64,000 bases of DNA from assembly GCA_963422645.2 (NCBI GenBank), contig CAXXVO010000008.1, positions 416,001 to 480,000 of the forward strand, in the 5' to 3' direction. Position numbers and translations under genes: made by a program. Shown in pieces: positions 1 to 10,069 of this stretch; the stretch's first letter is position 1; every line of letters begins with the position of its first letter. The notes beneath the pieces are model-generated. The model was not told where the DNA came from. It ran no database searches and was given only the letters and a program-made list of their open reading frames with translations. The DNA is from Alphaproteobacteria bacterium (lineage in GTDB: Bacteria > Pseudomonadota > Alphaproteobacteria > UBA828).

Positions 1-153
1 CAGCGCCTGCTCCGGCGTCTCGCCAGCCTCTACGGCGCCGCCGGGGAGCTTGAGCACATCGCGGCTTCCGACCTGCTCTGCAGCGATCAGCACCCGGCCG
101 CCGCGCAGCAGCACGCCGTAGACGCGCAAGTTCGCCGGGCCCTGCTGAGTCAC
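1..153 (-). CDS. NUDIX hydrolase (5' part; runs off the window edge)
   Basis: Manual translation from GTG at 153 gives MTQQGPANLRVYGVLLRGGRVLIAAEQVGSRDVLKLPGGAVEAGETPEQAL, which contains the start of a Nudix box (PGG-x4-GE-x4-AL). Confidence 0.8.
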   Translation of the reverse strand, partial: MTQQGPANLRVYGVLLRGGRVLIAAEQVGSRDVLKLPGGAVEAGETPEQAL

Positions 154-324
154 GGTTCATCCCTCATGGTCATGCGCTGCGCGACCCGCCCTTTCTGGCA
201 TCGTGCCAGCCGTTTCTACACGAAGCGGATGCGCGGGTCACAATGAAGGCTGCACGCCCGCGATGGGGCGAGAGACGCATGGCGCCACGCCGCCGGCCGG
301 GCTATAAGCCCACGCGGAGGCACA

Positions 325-1380
325 ATGGCAAGAAAACCCCTGAGCGGCTCGGCGGTCGGCATCATCGCCAACCCCGCCGCCGGCCGCGATATCAGGCGCC
401 TGGTCGCCCAGGCATCGGTGTTTCCGATTGCCGAGAAGCGCAACATGATCACGCGCATCTTCTCGGCGCTCGGCGCAGTCGGTGTGAGCACCTGCTACAT
501 GATTCCGGACGAGAGCGGCATCGCCGACCGGGTGAAGCGGGCGATCGGCGTTGGCCCGCCCCAAGGCCAGGTCTGGCCCGAGGTGGAGTTCCTCGACATG
601 CCGATCGAGGGAACGCCCGCCGACACGCTCGAAGCCACCGTGCGCATGGTCGAGCGTGGGGTGGGCGGCATCGTCGTGCTCGGCGGCGACGGCACCAATC
701 GGCTGGTCGCACAGGCCTGCGACGGCGTGCCGCTGACCTCGCTCTCCACCGGGACCAACAACGTCTTCCCGATGATGCGCGAAGCGACCATCGCTGGCCT
801 CGCGGCCGGAATGGTGGCAACCGGCGCGCTATCCAGGGAGGAGGCGGCGCGACGCAACAAGGTGCTGCGCGTGACGATCGGCGGCACGCCGCGGGACATC
901 GCGCTCGTCGATGTCTGCGTCTGCGGCGAGACCTGGACCGGGGCAAAGGCGCTCTGGCGGGCAGACGCGCTCGACCAGCTCTTCGTGACCTTCGCCGAGG
1001 CCGACGCCATCGGCCTCTCCTCCATCGCTGGTCTCGTGCGCCCGGTCTCGCGCGACGATCCGACCGGCGTGGCCGTCGATCTGGCCGCAGCGCCGGGCGC
1101 GGCACGGACAGTCTCGGCGCCGCTCGCGCCCGGGTTGATGGCCGAGATCGGGGTCGAGCGGGTGGCCGACATGGAGGCTGGTGTAGCGCATCCCATTCGG
1201 CTGGAGCGCGGTGTCGTGGCGCTCGACGGCGAGCGCGAAATCGCCTTCGGCCCCAATGACCGGGTGGCGGTGGTGCTGCAGCCCGACGGCCCCTTCACCG
1301 TCGAGATTGCCCGGGCGATGGCGCTGGCGGCTCAGAGTGGGTTGCTCGAACAGTCGGCAGCTGCGGACCCGTCCGCGTGA
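325..1380 (+). CDS. AcoX-like ATP-NAD kinase family protein
   Basis: N-terminal VGIIANPAAGRDIRRLVAQAS, plus GGDGT and STGTNNVFP motifs typical of the AcoX/NAD-kinase-like family. Confidence 0.8.
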   Translation: MARKPLSGSAVGIIANPAAGRDIRRLVAQASVFPIAEKRNMITRIFSALGAVGVSTCYMIPDESGIADRVKRAIGVGPPQGQVWPEVEFLDMPIEGTPADTLEATVRMVERGVGGIVVLGGDGTNRLVAQACDGVPLTSLSTGTNNVFPMMREATIAGLAAGMVATGALSREEAARRNKVLRVTIGGTPRDIALVDVCVCGETWTGAKALWRADALDQLFVTFAEADAIGLSSIAGLVRPVSRDDPTGVAVDLAAAPGAARTVSAPLAPGLMAEIGVERVADMEAGVAHPIRLERGVVALDGEREIAFGPNDRVAVVLQPDGPFTVEIARAMALAAQSGLLEQSAAADPSA

Positions 1381-1523
1381 CGACCCTTCGGCCGGCCCGA
1401 AAGCGTCGCCGCGTCGGCGTACGCGCTGGAACTATCGCGCAAGCACGTCTCCGCGCACACGAAGGGCTTGCCCAGCGGCCGGCTTCGGCTAACATGCGCG
1501 GCGACAACTGACGGGGAAGGGCC

Positions 1524-1802
1524 GTGGCTATCTTGGACGAGCATCGAACGCGTCGACTGCGCCAGCTCTGGCGCTCCGGCGAAGGGCCTTCGCTCTTGGC
1601 CGCGCTGATCTTCTGCGTCGTCACTGCCTACCTGATGGCGAGTGCGGACCTTCTTCCTGCGGAAGACGGATACGGCATGGCCGGGGTCCTCTTCATTTAC
1701 GTCACGATCTTCGTGTTGGTGGGCGGAATCTGCAAGATGCTGCTGAAGCCGGCGATGCGGTTGTGGGCCAAGACCCGCGCCGGGAGCGGCGACGCGGCCT
1801 GA
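1524..1802 (+). CDS. Small hypothetical membrane protein (2 TM)
   Basis: 92-aa ORF with two hydrophobic segments, a GA-rich RBS-like sequence before the GTG, and the same orientation as its neighbours. Confidence 0.6.
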   Translation: MAILDEHRTRRLRQLWRSGEGPSLLAALIFCVVTAYLMASADLLPAEDGYGMAGVLFIYVTIFVLVGGICKMLLKPAMRLWAKTRAGSGDAA

Positions 1803-1840
1803 GGCCCCTGGCGCCGCCTGCCGCCGCGCCCGTATCCCTT

Positions 1841-2836
1841 TTGTCCCTTCAGGACTCTGAGCCATCTGACGATCCGAGCGCCCTACGCCGCGCCCGCGCC
1901 CGTCGCTGGGCCGCGCGCCCGGCGGGCTTCTGGCTCGCGGTCGGGCTGCTCTTCCTCACTGGCGTCCTCTACGGGCTGAGCTATTCGCTCACCGGCGTCG
2001 GAGTCGCCAATGGCATTCCCTTCACCAGCTATGTCCTTCTCATGGGCATGCTCGGAGCCGCGGTCGCGCTGCTCCTCTCCCTCGGCCAGGGGCGCTTGCC
2101 GCCGCTCTCGTGGCGCCATGTGCGCTCGTACGCGATCGCGGGTGTCTCCGGCTACGGAATCCCCTTCCTCACCGTGGGCTACGTCAGCGGCGAGGGCGTG
2201 CCGGCCGGCATCGTCAGCATGCTCGTGGTGCTCTCACCCATCCTCACATACATGGGCGCTGTCGCCTTGCGGCTCGAGCCGATCTGGTGGCCCCGGCTGC
2301 TGGGCTTCGCCGCCGGCATCGTCGGGGTCGCCCTGCTGGTGGTGCCTGAGACCAGCCTGCCCTCGCGCGACCTGGTGCCGTGGATTCTGCTCGCCCTGCT
2401 GTTGCCGGTGGGCTACACGACCACCAGCCTCGCCACGGCGCTGCTGCGCCCGCCGGCGACCGACTCGCTCCACTTCGCGTTCGGCTTCTTCTTCTTCGGC
2501 TCGCTGCCGATCCTCGTGGCGGTGGCCGCGACCGATGGCTGGTGGTGGTTCGAGGGTCCGATGGACCCCGGCGACTGGTCCCTGATCACCAACGTATTCG
2601 TCCAGGGGCTGGGAATTTACCTCTTCGTCGAGCTGACCCGCTTCCTGGGGCCGGTCTTCTTCTCGACCGTGAACTTCATCGTCGCCTTGTCCGGGATCGG
2701 CTGGGGTATCCTCTTCTTCGGCGAGAGCCACAGCCACTGGGTCTGGCTCGCCCTGCTCTGCCTCATGCTGGGCGTCTTCTTCGTCGTCCTGCGTCGCCGC
2801 GAGCGGCCGACGCCGAGGAAAGCCGAGCCGGGCTAG
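1841..2836 (+). CDS. DMT/EamA family transporter
   Basis: About 10 hydrophobic helices in two EamA-like repeats. Start is uncertain: TTG 1841 chosen, but the ORF extends to 1763. Confidence 0.8.
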   Translation: MSLQDSEPSDDPSALRRARARRWAARPAGFWLAVGLLFLTGVLYGLSYSLTGVGVANGIPFTSYVLLMGMLGAAVALLLSLGQGRLPPLSWRHVRSYAIAGVSGYGIPFLTVGYVSGEGVPAGIVSMLVVLSPILTYMGAVALRLEPIWWPRLLGFAAGIVGVALLVVPETSLPSRDLVPWILLALLLPVGYTTTSLATALLRPPATDSLHFAFGFFFFGSLPILVAVAATDGWWWFEGPMDPGDWSLITNVFVQGLGIYLFVELTRFLGPVFFSTVNFIVALSGIGWGILFFGESHSHWVWLALLCLMLGVFFVVLRRRERPTPRKAEPG

Positions 2837-2898
2837 ACGCGCTCGAGCCCCCTGCCCGCTCCCGGGGCCGGTGGCGCTGCACTTGCTCCGGATTTGCC

Positions 2899-3774
2899 AT
2901 GTCGATCGCCCACATCGCGCTCGCTCTCGCCGTGACCGTCCTCTGGGGCTTCACCTTCGTGGTCATGCGAGAGCTGCTCGACGCCCTGCCGCCGCTCATG
3001 GTGGCCGGGCTCCGCGTCGCCACCGCGGCGCTGCCCGTCCTGATCCTCTTTCGCCCGCCGGCGATCCCCTGGTACTGGACCCTGGGAATCGGCCTGACCC
3101 AGGGCACGATCCAGATGTCGCTGCTGCTCTTCGGCATGGAATTCGGCATGCCGGCGGGCCTCAGCTCGCTCCTGCTCCAGTCCCAGGTCTTCTTCACCAC
3201 GATCTTCGCCTTCGCGATCCTGGGCGAGAGGCCGGGGCGCGCCCAGTATACGGGCATCGCCGTCTCCGGCGCGGGCATCGCGATCATCGGCCTCACGCTG
3301 CCGGGCGGGCCGACCCTCGCCGGCCTCGGCTTCGTCATCGTAGCCGCGCTGAGCTGGGCCTGTTCCAACATGATCATCAAGCTCGCCGGCACCGACGACC
3401 TGCTCCGCCTGATCGCCTGGGCGCACCTGATCGGCGTGCTGCCCCTGCTCGGGCTCTCCTATATCTTCGAGGGAGGCCCGGCGGCCTTCACCGCGCTCGC
3501 CGACATCACCTGGATCACCATCGGCGAGCTCTTCTTCCTCGGGCTGATCGCCACCTGCTTCGGCTTCATGCTGTGGAGCTACCTGCTGCGCCGCTATCCG
3601 GCCTATCTGGTGACGCCCTTCTCGCTGGTTATCCCCATCTCGGGCCTGATCAGCACCGCGCTGCTGCTGGACGAGAGCCTGGGCCCCCAACGGCTCGCAG
3701 GCGTGGGGCTGGTCTTCGTCGGCCTCGTCCTGGCAACGCTCCGCCTCCGCGCCGGCCGTGCCGTGCGTCTATAG
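2899..3774 (+). CDS. EamA family transporter (O-acetylserine/cysteine exporter-like)
   Basis: MSIAHIALALAVTVLWGFTFVV, GMPAGLSSLLLQSQVFFT and LLRRYPA..VTPFSL motifs typical of EamA/YdeD. Confidence 0.85.
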   Translation: MSIAHIALALAVTVLWGFTFVVMRELLDALPPLMVAGLRVATAALPVLILFRPPAIPWYWTLGIGLTQGTIQMSLLLFGMEFGMPAGLSSLLLQSQVFFTTIFAFAILGERPGRAQYTGIAVSGAGIAIIGLTLPGGPTLAGLGFVIVAALSWACSNMIIKLAGTDDLLRLIAWAHLIGVLPLLGLSYIFEGGPAAFTALADITWITIGELFFLGLIATCFGFMLWSYLLRRYPAYLVTPFSLVIPISGLISTALLLDESLGPQRLAGVGLVFVGLVLATLRLRAGRAVRL

Positions 3775-3822
3775 CGGGGAGGCTGGCAACCGAGGCAGCG
3801 CGCGGGTACTCTCCGTCCCGTC

Positions 3823-4687
3823 ATGCAGAAATCCAGCACGCTCCTCGCCCGCACCCTCCTCGCAACCGGCCTCGCGCTTGGCCTCGCCCTCGCCGCCGCC
3901 GGGCCTGCTCAGGCAGAGGTCGTCTGCGATCCCGAAGCAATAGAGGAGGGCCGCTGCGATCCCGCCGCTCCCGCCAAGACCATGGGCGACGGAGACGCCG
4001 CGTCGCTCGGCGATCTGCCGGTGGAGGCAATCCGGCAGATCATCCGCGACTATCTCCTCGAGCAGCCTGAGCTGCTGATCGAGGTCCAGCAGGCGCTGCA
4101 GGCCAAGCGGGATGCGGAGGCCGCCGCCTTGGCCGAGCAGGCCATTCAGAGCCATCGCGACGAGATCTATTCGGATCCGGAGGCACCGGTCGCCGGCAAT
4201 CCCGAGGGCGCCATCGTGCTGGTCGAATTCTTCGACTATCGCTGCGGCTACTGCCGGCGCGTCGGGCCCACGCTGGAGACCCTGCTCGCGGAGAACGACG
4301 ATCTGCGCATCGCCTTCAAGGAGTTCCCGATCCTGGGGCCGGGAATCCACGCTGGCCTCGCGCGCGGCACTCGCGTCGCGGGCGCAAGGCCTCTACGAGC
4401 CCTTCCACTGGGCGTTGATGGGTACCGACGGCCCCTTCGACCTCGACCATATTCTCGGGGTCGCGCGCTCGGTCGGCCTCGATGACGAGCGGCTCGCGCG
4501 CGACATGGAGGATCCGGCCATCGATACGCTGATCGACCGGAACGCCGTGCTCGCCAATATCCTGGGGATCCGGGGCACGCCGGCCTTCGTCGTCGGCGAC
4601 CGCATGATTCGCGGCGCCCTGCCCATCGCGCAGTTCCGCACCGCCATCGCGGACGCACGCCAGGCCCTGGCAAAGAGCACCCAATAA
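3823..4687 (+). CDS. DsbA/Com1-family thioredoxin-fold protein, frameshifted near 4341
   Basis: Signal peptide and EFFDYRCGYC (CxxC) in one frame; GIRGTPAF in the next frame. Removing one G from GGG at 4341-4343 restores FPILGPEST. Confidence 0.8.
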
Positions 4688-4798
4688 CCCGGAGTTCCCG
4701 CCGCCGTCGCGCGCGAACGCGCGACGCGGAGGCACCGGCCGGTCGCGCCGGCAGGCGCGCAGAATCGAAGGGTTAGCGGCTGCTGCGAGCGATAAAAT

Positions 4799-4835
4799 GT
4801 CAGAGCGTTTCCGTGTGAAGCGGAAACGCTCTGAC
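4799..4835. repeat. Perfect palindrome (REP-like or bidirectional terminator)
   Basis: GTCAGAGCGTTTCCG-tgtgaag-CGGAAACGCTCTGAC, a 15-bp stem between convergent genes. Confidence 0.6.
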
Positions 4836-4840
4836 CGAAT

Positions 4841-4867
4841 GAAAAGGGCGGGCCCGAAGGCCCGCCC
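4841..4867 (-). terminator. Rho-independent terminator of the amt operon
   Basis: Minus strand reads GGGCGGGCC-TTCG-GGCCCGCCC-TTTTC, downstream of the 4894 stop. Confidence 0.75.
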
Positions 4868-4893
4868 AGTATCGTAACGACGGTGGTGCGAGG

Positions 4894-5148
4894 TCAGTTC
4901 TGGATCTTGACCTCGTCCTCCGTCGCGATCGCGCCGGTCGCATGGTGCATGGCTCGCTCCATGCCGACCTCGCGGTAGAGCTTGACCGCTTCGCGGTACT
5001 CACTCTCCTCCTGGTGGATCTGGAAGATGTGCCAGCCCACCCAGAGGGCCACGAGGATACCGACCATCGCCGTTTCGGCGCCCACGCCAGGGTACATGGC
5101 GCCGATTTCGGCGGGATTGGTAAAGGAGTCCAAGCCGGTCGAAGCCAT
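4894..5148 (-). CDS. Small single-TM protein co-transcribed with amt
   Basis: 84 aa, GGAGG RBS, 9 nt after the amt stop, one hydrophobic helix (MVGILVALWVGWHIFQI). Confidence 0.75.
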   Translation of the reverse strand: MASTGLDSFTNPAEIGAMYPGVGAETAMVGILVALWVGWHIFQIHQEESEYREAVKLYREVGMERAMHHATGAIATEDEVKIQN

Positions 5149-5157
5149 CTGCGCCTC

Positions 5158-6564
5158 CTATTCCTTGGCGTAGGTGCGTTCGATCTTCTCGAACGCTGTC
5201 TCCTGGTGTGCATGGTAGGGATACGCATCGCCAAGCTGATGCGTATCCAGACCTGCCAGCTCGACCTCGCGCGGCACCCGCAGCATGTTGAAGTACTGCA
5301 GGACCCGGGCCAGGACGTAGCAGGGCAGGAAGCCCAGCACCCAGAACATGATGATCGCCCCCAGAATCTGGCCGATCGGATTGATCTGCGGCAAGCCTTC
5401 TGGAGTCGTGAACCAGGCGATCGAGGCCTCGCGGGCGGAGTAGTCGCCGAACATCGGCGCCGCGGCGGGGTAACCCCACAGCACGAAGCCACACACGATG
5501 ACGCCGAAGAACCCGGCGTAACCGTGCACGGCGACCGCGCCGACCGCGTCGTCGATCTTGAACCGCCGCTCGACCCAGCGGTGCATGTAGATCATGAACA
5601 CCACGCCTGCCCCGCCGATAAAGAGCGCCTGCAAGGGATGATAGAGATCGTTGCCTGCAGACGCCGCAATGATGCCGCCGAGGCCGCCCGAATAGGTCCA
5701 GAAGGGATCGCCCTTGGTGACGAGGTAAGCCGCCATCAGGCCGCCCGAGAAGGACATCAGGAAGTTGTAGACGATGGCGGACAACGTCGTCGGCATCCCG
5801 TAGATGTTGGTCGCCGAGAAGAAGGCCCCCGCCTCGCCGCCGATGTCGATGATCGGCACGTTGCAGGCCGCGTAGAAGCCCCAGAAGCCGGTAAAGATCA
5901 GGAAGAGCCCGACCGTGACCAGCCATGGATTGTGCGGCCTGATTTCGTTTACTTCCCCGTTCGGCCCGAACTTGCCGATGCGCGGCCCCAGCACGAAGAG
6001 GATCGCGAGTGCCGAGCCGCCGGCGATGGCGTGCACCACGCCGGATGCATAGGCATCGTGATAGCCGAGGATCTGAACCATCCAGCCGCCCGGGTGCCAG
6101 CCCCAGGCCGCGTCGAGGATCCAGGTGAAGGAGCCGATCAGGACCGCAAAGATGAGGAACGCGCTGGTCTTGATACGCTCGATCACCGCGCCCGAGACAA
6201 TCGAGGCGGTGGTCCATGAGAAGAGCAGGAACGCCGCCCAGAACACGCCAAGGATGCGGTCCTGCATGTGAGCGCCCATGAACTCGTTCCACGGCTCCGC
6301 GAACGACGCATCGGAGAATCCGCCGGATGCGAACGGAACATTGGGAAAAGCGAAATAGACGTACCACCCGAAGAAGAAGAACGTGACGGTGACCAACGGG
6401 ATCAGCATCGTGTTCTTCATCAAAGTGTGGAGAACATTCTTGCGCCGGGACGCCCCAACCTCGTAGGTGCAGAACCCGGCGTGAATGAGGAACATCATGA
6501 CCACCGTAATCCAGTAGTAGGATTCGGTGAAAATTGTTGTCAAGGCATCGACAGGATCACCCAT
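5158..6564 (-). CDS. Ammonium transporter (Amt) family protein, atypical subfamily
   Basis: About 11 TM helices; SIVSGAVIER, GPRIGKF and KIDDAVGAVAVHG motifs; both conserved His present. The usual DFAGG is replaced by HDAYASG. Confidence 0.85.
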   Translation of the reverse strand: MGDPVDALTTIFTESYYWITVVMMFLIHAGFCTYEVGASRRKNVLHTLMKNTMLIPLVTVTFFFFGWYVYFAFPNVPFASGGFSDASFAEPWNEFMGAHMQDRILGVFWAAFLLFSWTTASIVSGAVIERIKTSAFLIFAVLIGSFTWILDAAWGWHPGGWMVQILGYHDAYASGVVHAIAGGSALAILFVLGPRIGKFGPNGEVNEIRPHNPWLVTVGLFLIFTGFWGFYAACNVPIIDIGGEAGAFFSATNIYGMPTTLSAIVYNFLMSFSGGLMAAYLVTKGDPFWTYSGGLGGIIAASAGNDLYHPLQALFIGGAGVVFMIYMHRWVERRFKIDDAVGAVAVHGYAGFFGVIVCGFVLWGYPAAAPMFGDYSAREASIAWFTTPEGLPQINPIGQILGAIIMFWVLGFLPCYVLARVLQYFNMLRVPREVELAGLDTHQLGDAYPYHAHQETAFEKIERTYAKE

Positions 6565-6905
6565 AGCGCCCCTCATACCTTGTGGATGCCGCGCGCCGCC
6601 TTAGTGCGTTTCTCGGCGCTGCAGCCCGAGTCGCAGTCGTTTATCTTGAGCAGCCCGCGGTTACATGTCCAGCATCGTCCTGCCCCAATGCAGAGCCGAT
6701 GAAAAAAGCGCCCTATTTTCAAAAGGATAGAGAAACCCGCACGAATTGAGGCAGCAGGCGCCCCGGATCAAGCCGTTGACATACTCTTGAAACCGTCGAG
6801 TCGCAGAAACGACTCAGGACCCACTGCCAGGGACGTCAGCGGGCTCTTCACCTCACAGTGAAAGCGCCAATTCTCGCCCGAAGAAACACGGGCGCGCCGC
6901 ACCCT

Positions 6906-7763
6906 CTAGGGGGCGGCCGTCATCACGAAATCGTGGTCGAGGCGCAGGCCGTCGTCGGTCTTATCGTAGTGGACAATCAGGGAGTCCTTGACGCCGAACA
7001 CCGCATCGGACCCGAGATAGGGATCGTCGTCGGTGAAGAGCTGCGTCACCAGTGTCTCGTAACCTGCCGCCGACAGCATGAAATGGATGTGGGCGGGGCG
7101 CCAGTTGTGGCGGCCGGCGGCCTCCAGCATGGCGCCGACCGGGCCGTCACCGGGGACCGTGTAGCTCACCGGCTTGCGTGTGCGGAACGAGTAGCGTCCG
7201 TCGCCCTCTGTGGTGAGGCGGCCGCACAGGTTGAACGATATCCCCGACGAATCCTGCGCCGCGTACTCGGCGTTGGGCGCGGTCTGCCAGATATCGAGCA
7301 CCGCGCCCGCGATCGGCGCGCCGCCGAGGTCGGTCACCTTGCCGGAGACGAGCACCCCTTCGCCGTCGGTCTCTTCTTCCGCCAGGTCCGCGCCGCTTTC
7401 ATAGTCGGGAGCGCCCTCGCGATAGAAGGGCCCGAGCACGCTGCTCTCGGTGGCACCGCTGGGTTTGCGGTTGTTGATGGCGTCGACCAGCATGGTGGCG
7501 CCGAGCGTGTCCGACAAGAGGATGAACTCCTGCCGCTGATCGTCACACTTCTGGCCGGTTGCGGTGAGGAACTTGATCGCCGCCAGCCATTCTTCCTCAG
7601 TCGGCTCGATCTCACGGATGAAGCCGTGGAGATGGCGGGTGAGGCTGGTCATGATGTCCCGCATCCGCCCTTCGGCGCCCATTTCCAGACGCTCGATGGC
7701 CTCCTGCGTGATCTCGTCTTCGATACTTAGGGGCTGCGCTTCAGTGCGTGCGGTCTTCGACAT
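6906..7763 (-). CDS. Intradiol ring-cleavage dioxygenase (hydroxyquinol/catechol 1,2-dioxygenase type)
   Basis: RQEFILLSDTLG, TESSVLGPFY, RPAHIHF and DAVFGVKDSLI motifs. Confidence 0.9.
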   Translation of the reverse strand: MSKTARTEAQPLSIEDEITQEAIERLEMGAEGRMRDIMTSLTRHLHGFIREIEPTEEEWLAAIKFLTATGQKCDDQRQEFILLSDTLGATMLVDAINNRKPSGATESSVLGPFYREGAPDYESGADLAEEETDGEGVLVSGKVTDLGGAPIAGAVLDIWQTAPNAEYAAQDSSGISFNLCGRLTTEGDGRYSFRTRKPVSYTVPGDGPVGAMLEAAGRHNWRPAHIHFMLSAAGYETLVTQLFTDDDPYLGSDAVFGVKDSLIVHYDKTDDGLRLDHDFVMTAAP

Positions 7764-7864
7764 CGCGGGTCACTCCCTCGTCTGCGGCCCATGCAATGTG
7801 AGCCGTCGCTGCCGGCGACGGCCCCGTGCCGGAGACAGGAGTAACTGACGCGCTACCGAGCCGG

Positions 7865-8962
7865 CTAGTTGCCGACGCGGCGTCCCGAGACCGGATCGAA
7901 GAAGAGCAGGGTCTCGGTATCGAGATGCACCTCGACCCGGTCGCCGTCGTTGAACTCCTGCACGCCGGCCACGGTCAGCGCCAGGTTGATCCCTGCCAGA
8001 CCGATGCCGACCGTCGTGTGCATGCCGAGCGGCTCGAGATCGTTGACGACCCCGGTCCGGTGCGTTTCGGTCGCGGTCGAGGGCACGATCCGGACATGTT
8101 CGGGGCGAAGGCCGACCTCGACCTCGCTCAGATTTGCGGGCAGGCCGTGCTCCATGCGTGCCGGCAAGGGTAGTTCCATCGAGCCGATGGAGAGTCTGGC
8201 CGTGCCGTTCTCGCGCGCGAGCCGGCCGGGGACGATATTGATCTTGGGGTTGCCGACGAAGCGGGCCACGTCGCGATCGGCCGGCTCGTCATAGAGCTCC
8301 TGCGCCTTGGCGATCTGGCGAACCTCGCCTTCCAACAGGACGCAGACAGTATCCGCCAACGCCAGCGCTTCGGTGTAATCCGGCGTCGCGAAGATGAACG
8401 TACGCCCGAGCTCGCGCTGCAGGCGCTTCAACTCGGTCCTGAGCTCGATGCGGAGCATGAAGTCGAGGCTCGAGAGCGGCTCGTCCAGCAGATAGAAGCG
8501 CGGCTCACGCACCATGGCGCGGCCGAGGGCTACACGCTGGCGCTCGCCGCCGCTGAAGGTGGCCGGCAGACGGTCGAGGATGTGCCCGATCTTGAGCAGA
8601 CCCGCGATTTCGTCGACCCGCCTGGTAATCTCGGCCTTCGGCATCCTGGCGAGCTTGAGCGGCGACGCGACGTTCTCGTACCCCGTCTTGTTGGGATAGA
8701 GCGCGAGATTGTCGAAGATCATCGCGATATCGCGCCGGTTGGGCTGCAACTTGGTGAAATTCTGGCCCTCGACCCAGACCTCGCCCGACGTCGGCGCTTC
8801 GAGGCCGGCGACAATTCTCAGCGTGGTCGTCTTGCCGGCACCCGCAGGGCCCAGAAGAACGATCAGCGAGCCGCGCGAGACCTCCAGGCTCAGGTTTCTG
8901 AGTGCCTGAATCGAACCGAAGTTCTTGGAGATGGAGCGAAGCTCCAGGAGGGATTCGACCAT
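7865..8962 (-). CDS. CUT1-type ABC transporter ATP-binding protein (H-loop degenerate)
   Basis: Walker A GPAGAGKTT, signature FSGGE, Walker B LLDEP; FATPD in place of YVTHD; C-terminal TOBE-like region. Confidence 0.9.
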   Translation of the reverse strand: MVESLLELRSISKNFGSIQALRNLSLEVSRGSLIVLLGPAGAGKTTTLRIVAGLEAPTSGEVWVEGQNFTKLQPNRRDIAMIFDNLALYPNKTGYENVASPLKLARMPKAEITRRVDEIAGLLKIGHILDRLPATFSGGERQRVALGRAMVREPRFYLLDEPLSSLDFMLRIELRTELKRLQRELGRTFIFATPDYTEALALADTVCVLLEGEVRQIAKAQELYDEPADRDVARFVGNPKINIVPGRLARENGTARLSIGSMELPLPARMEHGLPANLSEVEVGLRPEHVRIVPSTATETHRTGVVNDLEPLGMHTTVGIGLAGINLALTVAGVQEFNDGDRVEVHLDTETLLFFDPVSGRRVGN

Positions 8963-8968
8963 GTTCTG

Positions 8969-10060
8969 CTACGCCTTGAGGCGGACGCCCGATACGGCGT
9001 CGAAGAGGGCCAGCAACTCGGCATCCGGCCGGATGGTGATCTCGCTACCTTCCTGGGCCTGCGTGCCGGTCTCAACGATCAGCTTCAGGTTGGTGTGGCC
9101 GACCCGTGCCGTCAGAACCGTCTCCGGCCCCTGCGGCTCGACTGCGATAACCGAGGCTGTGAAGGCTTCGGGGTCGCCCGCTTCCGCCACCAACATGGAC
9201 TCTGGCCGCATGCCGACGATCACGTCGGCGCCGTCGCTCAATCCCCCGGCGCTGGCGGGCGGCACGGGAATGATCGAGCCGTTCTGCGCCACGACCGGCC
9301 GGTTGCCGTCATGACCGAACTGCCCGCGCACAAAGTTCATCGGCGGGTTACCGAGAAAGCTGCCGACGAAGGTATTGTCGGGGTAGTGGTACACGTTGTG
9401 CGCCGTGTCGTCCTGCTTGAGCTGGCCGAAATCCATGACCGCGATGCGGTGTGCCAGTGAGAGCGCCTCGATCTGGTCATGGGTGACATAGATGATGGTC
9501 TGTCCGGTCTCGGCCTGGATGCGCCGGAGCTCGCGGCGCATCTGGTTGCGCATCTCGGCTTCCAGATTGCTGAGCGGCTCATCGAGCAGGAGGATTTCGG
9601 GGTTGGTCACGAGCGTCCGCCCGATTGCGACCCGTTGCAGCTCGCTCGCGCCGAGCTCCAGCGGCTTGATGTCGAGCTGATGCTCGAGATGGAGAAACGC
9701 GGAGACCTTCGCCACCTCGCGGTCGATGTCGGCCCGGTCCATGCCGCGCACGCGAAGCCCGTATTCCAGATTGCGCCTGACGTTCATGTGGGTGAAGACG
9801 GCGTAGTCCTGGAACACCAGGCCGACATTGCGCTGTCCAGGGGGGACCTGGAGCACGGACTGCCCGTCGATGAGGATGTCGCCCGAGGTGGGCTGCTCCA
9901 GACCGACGATCATGTTCAGCGTGGTCGATTTGCCGCAGCCTGAAGGCCCCAGCAGCGCCATGGTCTCGCCTTCCTCGCAGGCGAGGGACATGTCGTCGAC
10001 GGCGATGAGATCGCCGAACTCCTTGCGGAGATCCACCAGCTCCAGCTTGATGTTTGCCAT
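8969..10060 (-). CDS. CUT1-type ABC transporter ATP-binding protein (signature degenerate)
   Basis: GPSGCGKST, LLDEPLSNL and YVTHDQ present; signature reads LGASE. Confidence 0.9.
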   Translation of the reverse strand: MANIKLELVDLRKEFGDLIAVDDMSLACEEGETMALLGPSGCGKSTTLNMIVGLEQPTSGDILIDGQSVLQVPPGQRNVGLVFQDYAVFTHMNVRRNLEYGLRVRGMDRADIDREVAKVSAFLHLEHQLDIKPLELGASELQRVAIGRTLVTNPEILLLDEPLSNLEAEMRNQMRRELRRIQAETGQTIIYVTHDQIEALSLAHRIAVMDFGQLKQDDTAHNVYHYPDNTFVGSFLGNPPMNFVRGQFGHDGNRPVVAQNGSIIPVPPASAGGLSDGADVIVGMRPESMLVAEAGDPEAFTASVIAVEPQGPETVLTARVGHTNLKLIVETGTQAQEGSEITIRPDAELLALFDAVSGVRLKA

Positions 10061-10069
10061 CGTGCCGCG

